Shown piece by piece: positions 1 to 8,508 of a stretch of DNA of 28,768 nt; positions within the stretch are counted from its first letter, which is position 1; every line of letters begins with the position of its first letter. The position numbers and the translations under genes were made by a program. Origin of the DNA: Candidatus Krumholzibacteriia bacterium (lineage in GTDB: Bacteria > Krumholzibacteriota > Krumholzibacteriia > LZORAL124-64-63). The notes below the pieces were generated by a model, which was not told the origin of the DNA, made no database searches, and saw only the letters and a list, made by a program, of their open reading frames with translations. The DNA lies in NCBI GenBank assembly GCA_029935695.1, contig JAOZJV010000001.1, forward strand, positions 1-28,768, given 5' to 3'.

Positions 1-246
1 GTTGCCAGAATAAATCTGGGTCATAGCCCCTTCAGCTTCTGGATCAAAGGCCAGGGCTGAATCCTGCCAGGAAACAAAAACATCCACCTCGGCGGTGAAA
101 GTATTGCTGATTTCATCAATCCTGGTGATATCAACCAGGTAAAAACCAACAGCCACTTCACGCTGCTCGGAAGATCCGGATATTTCCGAAGCAATAGCGG
201 CACTGCAGATGAAAAGCAGCAACATCAATAATACAACTTGGCGCAT
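1..246 (-). CDS. Prokaryotic pentameric ligand-gated ion channel (GLIC/ELIC-like), N-terminal part only; runs off the window
   Basis: Manual translation from ATG at 246 (GAGGA upstream): MRQVVLLMLLLFICSAAIA-SEISGSSEQREVAVGFYLVDITRIDEISNTFTAEVDVFVSWQDSALAFDPEAEGAMTQIYSGN. Signal peptide, then the pLGIC beta1-beta2 pattern V.VG.Y..D...IDE...TF......W.D..LAF. Open to base 1. Not in the ORF track. Confidence 0.82.
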   Translation of the reverse strand, partial: MRQVVLLMLLLFICSAAIASEISGSSEQREVAVGFYLVDITRIDEISNTFTAEVDVFVSWQDSALAFDPEAEGAMTQIYSGN

Positions 247-299
247 CGGTACTATCCTCAAGGTCTGGTGGACTGTTCAGGGTTTGCGCCAATATTACA

Positions 300-3200
300 T
301 CAATCATCGTCGATAATCACGCCATTGTTCTCATATGGATTGCCCAGCACGGCATTGGTTGGGTCGGCCGACAACTGCAGAATGAATGCTTCCTGATTTT
401 CGTGCACGCCGTCTTCCACCGTGATAATGGTGATGGTGGTGTCCACTGTGCCTGGCATCATGGAAAGCAGGGCATTGCTCGGCGGAATAAAATCAGATAT
501 GCCGTTGGTGGACCCCTGGTCATATCCCAGACGGAAGAACACCGGCACAATAGTCTGCTCACTCAAATGGATAGTGAAATGCATGTTGTCGCCCTCGGTG
601 GCGGTGGCGCCTGAGGGGATGGTCAATTCCGGCTGGTCGGCATCCTCAATATAGCCGGTGGCAACAATGGGCATGCCCAGTACCGCGTTGACCGGAGTGT
701 GGAGCATGATGGTGAAATCTTCCAGGGTCCACTCGGGACCACCGTCGGCGATGGCCGGAACCGAAACCGTGAACGTGGTGGCTCCGGGCGGCACCACAAA
801 AGGACCGCCAAAACTATCATCGTAGTCGATACCGGCGCGCACAGCCGTGCCGTCAGTGAAGTCCACGCTGAAATTCACTTCAACTTCACTGGTCCAGCTC
901 AGGTTCAGGATGAAATCAACATTTTCGCCCTCAAGGCCGGTGGCGTCGCCATCCCAACTCAACTCAGGCGGATCCATGTCGGTGATGGTGCCGATGCCAC
1001 TGTTGTCCGCGCTGACGGTGGCATTGGTCGGAGAAACAACAGTGATGACAAAGATTTCGATGGCCGCGTCGCCCCCATCGCCGGCAAAGATTTCCACCGG
1101 AACAGTGGTGGCCGTTTCGCCTGCAAGGAAGGTGTAAGGCCCAGTGGCCGAAATATCGAAGTCGTCTCCCATGGTGGCCGAATCGTTGGCAAACTGCAGA
1201 TTGAACTGAATGTCCGCGGTGCTGGGTGCATCCAGGAAAACATCGAAAATTGCAATCTGGCCTTCATCAGCGGCAGCAGACCCGATGGAAAGTTCAGGAG
1301 CATCGACAATGGTGGCTTCCAGGTCCACCACTCCGAGGGCCACATTGGCGTTGGAGATATTGGCCCGAATAATTTCGTCCACTTCATCAGGCAACTGGTC
1401 ATCCAGGAAAGGCACGCTGAAAGAGACTTCGGTGGTCATGGCAGGGATCGTGTGCGTGCCCACACCACCAAAGGAATAGTCGACACCCTCGCCCTGGGAT
1501 GTACCCAGCAGAAGATCCAGATCGTAGGTTGTATCATCCTGCCGCGGAGTTGTCAGCAGCACTGTGAATTCCCACACCGATCCTTCATTCAATGTTGTGG
1601 CCACGGCCTGCAGATTCAGTGAAGGGTACTCGTCATCCGTCAGGGTACAGAACGCGTCGTCGGTGCCGCAGCTGCCTCCGGCGTTGACGAAGTTGGCTAA
1701 TGTCAGCACGAAAGTTTCGTTATCATCATCGTGAATATCATCCAGCAACGTGACCGGAATTTGCAAACTGCCAGACCCGGCAGCGATGGTTACGGTTTCC
1801 AGAACGGGGGTGTAATCAACATCCGCCTCTGCTGTCTGGTCTGCTGTTTCCACCTGGAAAGTAATATCGGCGGAGCTTATCACCGGAGCCAAAGCGGCAT
1901 CCCGCAGTTCGACGGTGAAGTTCACCAGACCATCAGACTCGATGGCTTCAACATCGGACACCAGCAGGCAGGGCTGGTCATCATCAATCAAAGTGCAGGT
2001 GGCGATGAGTCCCACAAAACAGGAATGGTCTGCTGCGGTAATTTCAAGCTGGAAATATTCATTAAGGGATTCGGCATCCACATCGTCAATCAACGGCACC
2101 ATGAACTCAGCGCTGGTTGAGTTGGCCGGTATGGTCCAGGTCTGGTTGGTGATGGTCGTGAAGTCGGATCCGCCCTGAGCGTCCACCTGATCGCCCGGCG
2201 GATTGACACCGTCGCCATCGCGGGTGCTGACCGTCAAATTCATGGGGTCAATGCAGGGATTCAGCAGCTCGATGCGGAAAACAGCGTTGCCTTCATTTTC
2301 ATTAAACACAACATCCGCCAGGGTTACTGTCTGGAGTTCATCATTGAGAATTGTGCAAACTGTCGGCGGGTCACTCCAGGCCGCGTTGGCGCTGATGGCG
2401 CTGAGGCTGCCTGTGAAAGTTTCATCCTCTTCAAAATATACATCGGCGTTCAGAACCACAGGAATCACACGTTGGGTGTCCCCTGCTTCCATCACGAAGC
2501 TTTGATTCAGGGCCACATAATCTTCGCCCGCCAAAGCGGTGCCGTCGGCAGTGCTGAAGGTGAAACTGATGGGCACTGTTTCGGCAAAAGGAATACTGAC
2601 GACGAAATTAGCCGCCCCCGCGTCTTCATTCACATTGGTGACACTGAGGGTCATGGGGGTCAAATCGTTATCGACCACGTTGAGAGTCACGCGGTCGTCT
2701 TCGCCGATGATCACATGCTGCAGAGGGGTGATCAGCATTTCGAAATATTCGGTCGGTTCTATTTCTGCATCATCCAGAACATGAATGGTCGTTGTCTGTG
2801 AAAGAGGGTAGCTGGGATAGAAAATAAAATCCCGGCTGACGGATACAAAATCGCTTCCACCGGTGGCGGTGCCATCGACAGAGGTGAGGCGAACCTGCAC
2901 GGTTTCCATGCTGGGCCTGTCCAGGCTGATCTCAACCTGGACCATGGTGGACAGATCATGTTCATAGAGCGTGGGATCAGTTGTCAGATGCAGCCGGGCG
3001 ATGGGTGGCAGCGTGAAATCATACGTGGTGACCACCAGAGAGGGAATTTCCAGCTCGGGGCCGTAGTTGGGATCGTCTGATGCGGCGCCATGTTCAATGG
3101 TCACAACCAAATCATCATTGTCAATTTCATCCAGTTCAATCCACAGGATAATCTCCTGCAGCTGGTTCCAGTTGGTGGCGTCGAAAGTCAGGAATTCCGG

Positions 3201-3794
3201 TTCCACATGCAAGCTGGGTTCAGCCGGAACCACCGCTGTTGAGACTGTCACCGAACTGATCGGTTCACTGCTCAAGCGCACACGGTAGGTTTCACGCACG
3301 ATGCCAGCTTCAGATTCAACCAATGTCAGGCTGGTCTCGGTAATCAATACTCCGATGGTATCATTGTCGGCGATCATCACCGGCACTGCGCCTTCGCCGG
3401 TTTGGTTGGCGTAGGGAGGGTCCAGAGATTCGCTCAGAATGGTGATAGCATCGTCATGAGGACCTTCGTGAATCTCATCGTCCACTGCAGACACGTTGAT
3501 GGTCTGGGGCGCGGCCCAGCTGTCATCCACCGGGACAAAAGTCAGCAGATCGGGTGAAAGCAGGACCTGGTCGTTGGCGCTGAAAATTCGCACCCGCACC
3601 GTATCGGTGGGCACCATGCCCAAACTGACGGCAAAGGACCCCGAAGATGCACCTTCGCCAATTCGCAGGGTGTCGGTGGCCACGGTGATGAGTTTCAAAT
3701 TCGGCTGGAAGGTATCCCAGTCGTTGTCCCGACGGTCACAACCGAGACCCGCAAGAATCAACACACACACCAGAAGCAGGATTCCCTTGCGCAT
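300..3794 (-). CDS. Lipoprotein with 10 tandem Calx-beta-like (Ca2+-binding Ig-like) domains; putative surface adhesin
   Basis: ATG at 3794 overlaps the upstream TGA (TGATG). Lipobox LAGLG-C19. Ten ~110-aa acidic repeats with E..G...F.V.L, T.DGTA..G.D(F/Y), ..DD...E..E.F and I.D.D motifs. Confidence 0.88.
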   Translation of the reverse strand: MRKGILLLVCVLILAGLGCDRRDNDWDTFQPNLKLITVATDTLRIGEGASSGSFAVSLGMVPTDTVRVRIFSANDQVLLSPDLLTFVPVDDSWAAPQTINVSAVDDEIHEGPHDDAITILSESLDPPYANQTGEGAVPVMIADNDTIGVLITETSLTLVESEAGIVRETYRVRLSSEPISSVTVSTAVVPAEPSLHVEPEFLTFDATNWNQLQEIILWIELDEIDNDDLVVTIEHGAASDDPNYGPELEIPSLVVTTYDFTLPPIARLHLTTDPTLYEHDLSTMVQVEISLDRPSMETVQVRLTSVDGTATGGSDFVSVSRDFIFYPSYPLSQTTTIHVLDDAEIEPTEYFEMLITPLQHVIIGEDDRVTLNVVDNDLTPMTLSVTNVNEDAGAANFVVSIPFAETVPISFTFSTADGTALAGEDYVALNQSFVMEAGDTQRVIPVVLNADVYFEEDETFTGSLSAISANAAWSDPPTVCTILNDELQTVTLADVVFNENEGNAVFRIELLNPCIDPMNLTVSTRDGDGVNPPGDQVDAQGGSDFTTITNQTWTIPANSTSAEFMVPLIDDVDAESLNEYFQLEITAADHSCFVGLIATCTLIDDDQPCLLVSDVEAIESDGLVNFTVELRDAALAPVISSADITFQVETADQTAEADVDYTPVLETVTIAAGSGSLQIPVTLLDDIHDDDNETFVLTLANFVNAGGSCGTDDAFCTLTDDEYPSLNLQAVATTLNEGSVWEFTVLLTTPRQDDTTYDLDLLLGTSQGEGVDYSFGGVGTHTIPAMTTEVSFSVPFLDDQLPDEVDEIIRANISNANVALGVVDLEATIVDAPELSIGSAAADEGQIAIFDVFLDAPSTADIQFNLQFANDSATMGDDFDISATGPYTFLAGETATTVPVEIFAGDGGDAAIEIFVITVVSPTNATVSADNSGIGTITDMDPPELSWDGDATGLEGENVDFILNLSWTSEVEVNFSVDFTDGTAVRAGIDYDDSFGGPFVVPPGATTFTVSVPAIADGGPEWTLEDFTIMLHTPVNAVLGMPIVATGYIEDADQPELTIPSGATATEGDNMHFTIHLSEQTIVPVFFRLGYDQGSTNGISDFIPPSNALLSMMPGTVDTTITIITVEDGVHENQEAFILQLSADPTNAVLGNPYENNGVIIDDD

Positions 3795-4879
3795 CAAAAC
3801 ACCACCAGACCAATGGAAGCCGAAGGAGCGACTCCGAACCAGTAATCATCAGGACCATTGTCCGCGAAGTAATACATCAATTCCAGCTGACCACTGACAC
3901 CAACATCCACTCGTCCCACTTCGAAGATGCGCTGCAAAGCCGACGCCCGGCAGCCCAATCCTTTGCGCCGATAATCACGACCCACATATTTGAGCATCTG
4001 GGTGCCGTCATACAAACCGCCAAAGGCCACGGTCACGCCCAAACTCCAGTGAGACCCGAAGGATTGGCTCATTTGCCCCATTCCATAGGTGAGTTTCACC
4101 CGGTGGAAAGTCACATCACTGCGGCGGCCCGGAGTGATGATTTCCCAGGTTTCATAGCGATTCTGCTGGTAACCAAAAGTGACTTCCTGGAAGAAAATCC
4201 AATGATCCCTGGGCGGCAGATGATCGGGATAGCCAAAGCGCAGGGTTCCATAAATTCCGATACCGGGGCGCACATCATCAACTCCACCGATGGCGGTGTT
4301 GTCCGTCTGAAATTTTCCACCAAGCATGAACGGCACCTGAAAACCAGCCACCAGTTCAGGATAATCTGGAGTTGAGTCCGGTCCCGCGTACTTGGGAAGA
4401 TTTTTGCGGAGGGCCCATTCGGGATTAAGGGTAGTGTCCAGACGGAATATCATGCCGCCATCTTCATTACCCTGGAAACGGGGATAGACCAGGAATTTGT
4501 CGGTTTCAACGAAACGATCGAAGGCAGGATCATATTCCCGGGGCACATAGACCCAATTGTTCATTTCGAAGTGCACGGCCACGTTGAGGTCGTAAATTCG
4601 CACGGTGTAAGCAGTGCCGGGTTGCAGCTGAGAGCTGCGCATAATAAAATGGCCGGGGAAGTCGTTTTCGATGTCCGCGTACAGACATTCACCATCAGGG
4701 GTGCAAAATTCCACTTCACCGATGGGAAAGAAATTGCCGTCTGAGTCCTGAACCGTGTATTGGATGAATCGGTGCACTCGGTCCTGGGCCTGAGCCGGCT
4801 TTGGAGCCAGCCATGGGGCCAGAACAGCGAGCATGAACACCAGTGGAATCCATGATCTTGGTTGTGAACTCAGGTGCAT
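3794..4879 (-). CDS. Exported protein: small N-terminal beta domain plus probable C-terminal outer-membrane beta-barrel
   Basis: ATG at 4879 after AAAGGA. Signal peptide ending AQA. C-terminal half has about 8 amphipathic strands (GIGIYGTLRFGY, QEVTFGYQQ, WSLGVTVAFGG, GVSGQLELMYYF, SASIGLVVF) and a terminal Phe. No family recognised. Confidence 0.6.
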   Translation of the reverse strand: MHLSSQPRSWIPLVFMLAVLAPWLAPKPAQAQDRVHRFIQYTVQDSDGNFFPIGEVEFCTPDGECLYADIENDFPGHFIMRSSQLQPGTAYTVRIYDLNVAVHFEMNNWVYVPREYDPAFDRFVETDKFLVYPRFQGNEDGGMIFRLDTTLNPEWALRKNLPKYAGPDSTPDYPELVAGFQVPFMLGGKFQTDNTAIGGVDDVRPGIGIYGTLRFGYPDHLPPRDHWIFFQEVTFGYQQNRYETWEIITPGRRSDVTFHRVKLTYGMGQMSQSFGSHWSLGVTVAFGGLYDGTQMLKYVGRDYRRKGLGCRASALQRIFEVGRVDVGVSGQLELMYYFADNGPDDYWFGVAPSASIGLVVF

Positions 4880-5126
4880 GTAACTTCCTTTCACCGCAAC
4901 CAGTTGGATTGCTGGTGAAATCTTGTAACAGCGAATATTCTGCGCTCCCGGTATGGGACTTTCGGCCTTTTGGGAAGCATCAATTGAGTGAATGACGGAA
5001 GCCTGAACTGGGCCTTATTGCATCAAAAAACAGGACCAGATGGTAATCTTTCTAACCCTAACTCCCGCACTACCATCAGGTTTTTGCAAGGGTCGTTCCC
5101 GGATGGGCAATTTTGCAACCAGCATG

Positions 5127-5164
5127 AAAAAAGGCGGCCTCTCCTGATGGAGAAGCCGCCAAAA
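5127..5164 (-). terminator. Rho-independent terminator after the DUF362-like gene
   Basis: Minus strand GGCGGCTTCTCC-ATCA-GGAGAGGCCGCC followed by TTTTTT, about 20 nt after the stop. Confidence 0.8.
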
Positions 5165-5181
5165 TCGATAATTTTTCAGCC

Positions 5182-7074
5182 TCACCGAACCAGGGACATC
5201 TTACCTGTTTCAAGAGTTGTCCCTTGCCGAATACTGTATGAATAGATTCCCGAGGCGAGACTCCGGCCACCATCATCCTGACCAAGCCAGGGAATCTCGT
5301 GTTCGCCGGCTGCCAGGTGTTCATTCAAAACCGTTGCCACACGGGCGCCGGCCACATCGTAGATCACTAACTCCACCAGCCCCTGCTCCTGCAACTCAAA
5401 GCAAATGGATGTGCGTGGATTGAAAGGATTCGGGTAGCAATAGGAAGCAAATTTCAGATTTGACCCGGGTACACCGCTCAGCTGCGGCAGGCGCACCAAC
5501 TCGATTCCCTCACCGATCCCCAGATTGCGACTGTATTGCATATTGACCGGATCGTTCCAATGCTCGTGAACACCCAGGCTGGACAAGGATTGCACGTCGC
5601 CTTCATGGTCCGGATCGTAAAAGGTGCCTGAAGGCGGGTTGGCTGCCAGAGCCGCCTCGTGCAGGTAATCATCAGTGCCTTCCTGCTGGGGATACAGCCG
5701 GGGATCTCCCTCAAGTTGCATAATATCCAAACACACCGATTCAATGGCCACCGGATCCAGAGAGGCGAAGAGGCTGTTGGTCCAGTCGTTTTCGAAAGGA
5801 TCGTTGGCCCAGCGCAAGGGCTCATGATCGTCAGGATGACAGCCAGCGTAAAGACCATCAATTAAGTACAGCAGGGTTTTCCCACCCAACTGACTGTGGC
5901 CCATCAGATCGATAATGGCACGGTAATTTTCTGAATCCGGTGTCTGGTAGGCCAAACTCTCATGCAACTCCATAAACCCGTCTTCACCAGGATATCTGAT
6001 TAGCGACCCATAGTGGTTTTTCGCGCAAAAGGTAACCCCCGCGCCCATGTGACTTTTGAAGTTGGCCAGGTTGATGAAGTAAGTGGCCTGAGCGTATGAT
6101 TCCAGAATGTAGTCCTGCTGAATCCCAGTTGGGTGGTTGCTCCAATAAAGGGAGACGGTCGAGTTTTGTGCCGCAACACGAGGATTTTCTGGCGTACCGC
6201 CCTGATGGTCCAGGTAATGTACATCAGGAAATTCTCCAGCCAGCATGGCATGATACTGGTTGGGAAAAAGGGACAGGGGATCACCGATGGTTATGTCTGC
6301 CTGCTGCACACCTGCGAAATGCACCAGCTGCCGCAGCAAGGCAAGCATCACCTGGGGAGATGTGTTCATGTAGTCCATGTTGGAGACGAGATCATAAGAC
6401 TCGGCGTCGGTCCCGCCCCACCCCGGCAAATAATGACATCCGACAAGATTGACTTTGATCATTATTTTCTGCCCTGAAGTGTAGCCGACATCACCATTGC
6501 CATGTTCAATGTTGAAATACCGAAACATGGCATCCCAGGCGGAGAATTCATTGTCCTGTCCGGCAAGAGCCAGAATATTCGAGGATAGCATTTGCCCGAC
6601 AACTGTCTCGCTAGTGTGCTCGGGTTCCCACCAATGACCATCTCCAGGTCCATCCCAGTCTGTGGCCGCAGGTTCGTGGTACCAGACAACGCGTCCCGGA
6701 TGAATGCCTTTGGCCTCACCAATCGGTTCATTTCCAATTTTCAGTGAAGCCAAAGCAGGAGAGCTGGGCTGACCAAGCCAGGTGGCAGCTCCAAAAACCA
6801 GAGCCAGGGACAGGCAAACCCACCCTGCTGCCCATCGATTCTCATTAAAACAGGTTTTTCCACGACGCAGCAGATATCCGGAAGTGAAGACACCAATGAC
6901 CCAAAGCACAAAGGCACTGGCCAGAGGAAAAGCTGCCCGCTGGCATGGATAAGCAGCACGGCTGGGCTTGGGAATAACCCGTATCAAGAACCACAACAAG
7001 GCTAAAAAGCCCGCCAGAAATGGAAATACTCGTGTACCAAAATGTCGTAGGTTTTCAGGATAACTCAGCCGCAT
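5182..7074 (-). CDS. DUF362-domain protein with N-terminal hydrophobic leader and C-terminal FlgD-Ig/Por-type sorting-like domain
   Basis: GEAKGIHPGRVVW, KIMIKVNL, INLANFKSH..AGVTFCAKNHYG and DPVAIE motifs typical of DUF362. C-terminus YPNPFNPRTSICFEL...IYDVAG...SGIYSY...KMSLVR. Confidence 0.75.
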   Translation of the reverse strand: MRLSYPENLRHFGTRVFPFLAGFLALLWFLIRVIPKPSRAAYPCQRAAFPLASAFVLWVIGVFTSGYLLRRGKTCFNENRWAAGWVCLSLALVFGAATWLGQPSSPALASLKIGNEPIGEAKGIHPGRVVWYHEPAATDWDGPGDGHWWEPEHTSETVVGQMLSSNILALAGQDNEFSAWDAMFRYFNIEHGNGDVGYTSGQKIMIKVNLVGCHYLPGWGGTDAESYDLVSNMDYMNTSPQVMLALLRQLVHFAGVQQADITIGDPLSLFPNQYHAMLAGEFPDVHYLDHQGGTPENPRVAAQNSTVSLYWSNHPTGIQQDYILESYAQATYFINLANFKSHMGAGVTFCAKNHYGSLIRYPGEDGFMELHESLAYQTPDSENYRAIIDLMGHSQLGGKTLLYLIDGLYAGCHPDDHEPLRWANDPFENDWTNSLFASLDPVAIESVCLDIMQLEGDPRLYPQQEGTDDYLHEAALAANPPSGTFYDPDHEGDVQSLSSLGVHEHWNDPVNMQYSRNLGIGEGIELVRLPQLSGVPGSNLKFASYCYPNPFNPRTSICFELQEQGLVELVIYDVAGARVATVLNEHLAAGEHEIPWLGQDDGGRSLASGIYSYSIRQGTTLETGKMSLVR

Positions 7075-7109
7075 GGTCCCCCCTTTTTGTCATAAGTATC
7101 TGCATTTTT

Positions 7110-7138
7110 ATATTACTCTACTGTATCCTTCTTTTCAA
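7110..7138 (-). promoter_or_regulatory. Candidate sigma70 promoter for the DUF362-like gene
   Basis: Minus strand TTGAAA-N17-TAATAT in an AT-rich intergenic region, about 35 nt upstream of the ATG. Confidence 0.45.
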
Positions 7139-7200
7139 CTGTCTCATGGCGTTTGTCGCTTTTATGCAATAGCGATAATACATTTGATTCGGTATAAATC

Positions 7201-7235
7201 AAAGGCGGCCCCTCCTGTGGGAGAAGCCGCCAAAA
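7201..7235 (-). terminator. Rho-independent terminator after the propeller-like gene; near copy of 5127-5164
   Basis: Minus strand GGCGGCTTCTCC-CACA-GGAGGGGCCGCC followed by TTTGATTT. Confidence 0.72.
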
Positions 7236-7265
7236 CCAGCAAAATTGATCCGAATTTTCCAGATA

Positions 7266-8333
7266 TTAACGGACCAACGCCATGCGCTGAGTTTCCACAA
7301 ACGATCCTACTTCCAAACGATAAAGATAAGTTCCCGATGGCATGGCCAAACCGCTGTCGCTGCGGCCGTCCCACAGAACTTCACTGGCGCCTGCCTGTTC
7401 GGTGGCTCCATCGCGCAGGGTTCTGACCTGGCGACCCGCCAAATCATACACCGTCAGACGAACAGCGCCGGCTTCGAACAACTCGTAACGAATCTTGGTC
7501 ATGGGGTTGAACGGGTTGGGCTGGGCGGCCATCAGACGGGCCGGAGCCTGAGGCATCAACAGGCCCTGATCCGGCGCGGCGGATGACAGGTCGTGAATAA
7601 ACGCGGCGCCGCCGGTGGAATGATACTGGGGATAAGGATTGGTGAACGGGACCCAGTCTCCACCGATTCCCTGGCTCAGGTCATAAGAGTAGCCATCGAC
7701 ACCATCATCACCACGGGTGGCCAGAATGTACACGGTGTTGTTGCCCACGGCCATGGCCCGGCCTGAAGAATTGCTGGCAGGGAAAGGATCGACAATTTCA
7801 ATCATTTCGCCGGAGTCGATGTTGATGGAATAGAGACCGGTGTTACCGTACTCGGTGTATCCGTAAAGCAGATCGTCTGCAGGGTTGTAGTCCAGAGCAA
7901 AGAAGCGGAACCCGGTGCCGGTGTAGACATCAACTGCCAGGGTTGCATCACCAGTGGCAGGATCAATGGAGTAAATTCCCTTGGGAGTGGCGTAGTTGGA
8001 GTATCCGTAAAGGGTGTCGCGGCCATAAGCCAGGCCGGAGATATCTACGCTGATGGTGGATTGCAACACGGGCGGATGACCCGCCATATCGGCAAGATAC
8101 AGACGCGTGGTGAAAGCACCGTTGCAGAGATACACCTGACCGTCTGGCCTGGACGCAGCGGCGCTGACATCAAAAGAGAAGCCAGAAGTCCATTGTACAT
8201 TGGGAAAACCATCCAGATCGGATGTCTGGGTGGCGGCCGTGTTTCCTTCCAGTCCGACGAAGAGGGTTCCCGCACCGAAAGCAGGGATCGCCACGGTGAG
8301 AATGCAGGCTGTCAATAGGATGCGAGTGAACAT
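7266..8333 (-). CDS. Secreted beta-propeller-like protein with FlgD-Ig/Por-type C-terminal domain
   Basis: Signal peptide (..AIPAFG). Blade-like repeats ISGLAYG..TLYG..GIYSIDPATG, FALDYNP..LLYG..GLYSINIDSG, RAMAVG..VYI. C-terminus QPNPFNPMTKIRYEL...SGTYLYRL...RMALVR. Confidence 0.72.
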   Translation of the reverse strand: MFTRILLTACILTVAIPAFGAGTLFVGLEGNTAATQTSDLDGFPNVQWTSGFSFDVSAAASRPDGQVYLCNGAFTTRLYLADMAGHPPVLQSTISVDISGLAYGRDTLYGYSNYATPKGIYSIDPATGDATLAVDVYTGTGFRFFALDYNPADDLLYGYTEYGNTGLYSINIDSGEMIEIVDPFPASNSSGRAMAVGNNTVYILATRGDDGVDGYSYDLSQGIGGDWVPFTNPYPQYHSTGGAAFIHDLSSAAPDQGLLMPQAPARLMAAQPNPFNPMTKIRYELFEAGAVRLTVYDLAGRQVRTLRDGATEQAGASEVLWDGRSDSGLAMPSGTYLYRLEVGSFVETQRMALVR

Positions 8334-8508
8334 GAGTGTCCTCCTGTTGATGCAGAAAACTAGAATCTAAACTGCTTGATTAAGCTGAAGGAACATACCA
8401 TAACCTGGCGGGCATGTCTATGGGGCCGCGCTTCATCCAGCGTATGGGCGGCCGGCAACCAGACCAGGGAAGTAGCCGAAGAATTCTCGGTCATGATGGT
8501 GGCCACCA

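Noticed and set aside
21-203. 60-aa minus-strand ORF in the track
   Set aside because: Wrong frame; the frame starting at 246 carries a signal peptide and pLGIC motifs.
699-1622. 307-aa plus-strand ORF
   Set aside because: Antisense shadow of the Calx-beta gene; no motif.
300-3400. Periodic similarity along the Calx gene as a DNA repeat or array
   Set aside because: Protein-domain repeats with diverged nucleotide sequence; no identical repeats with spacers.
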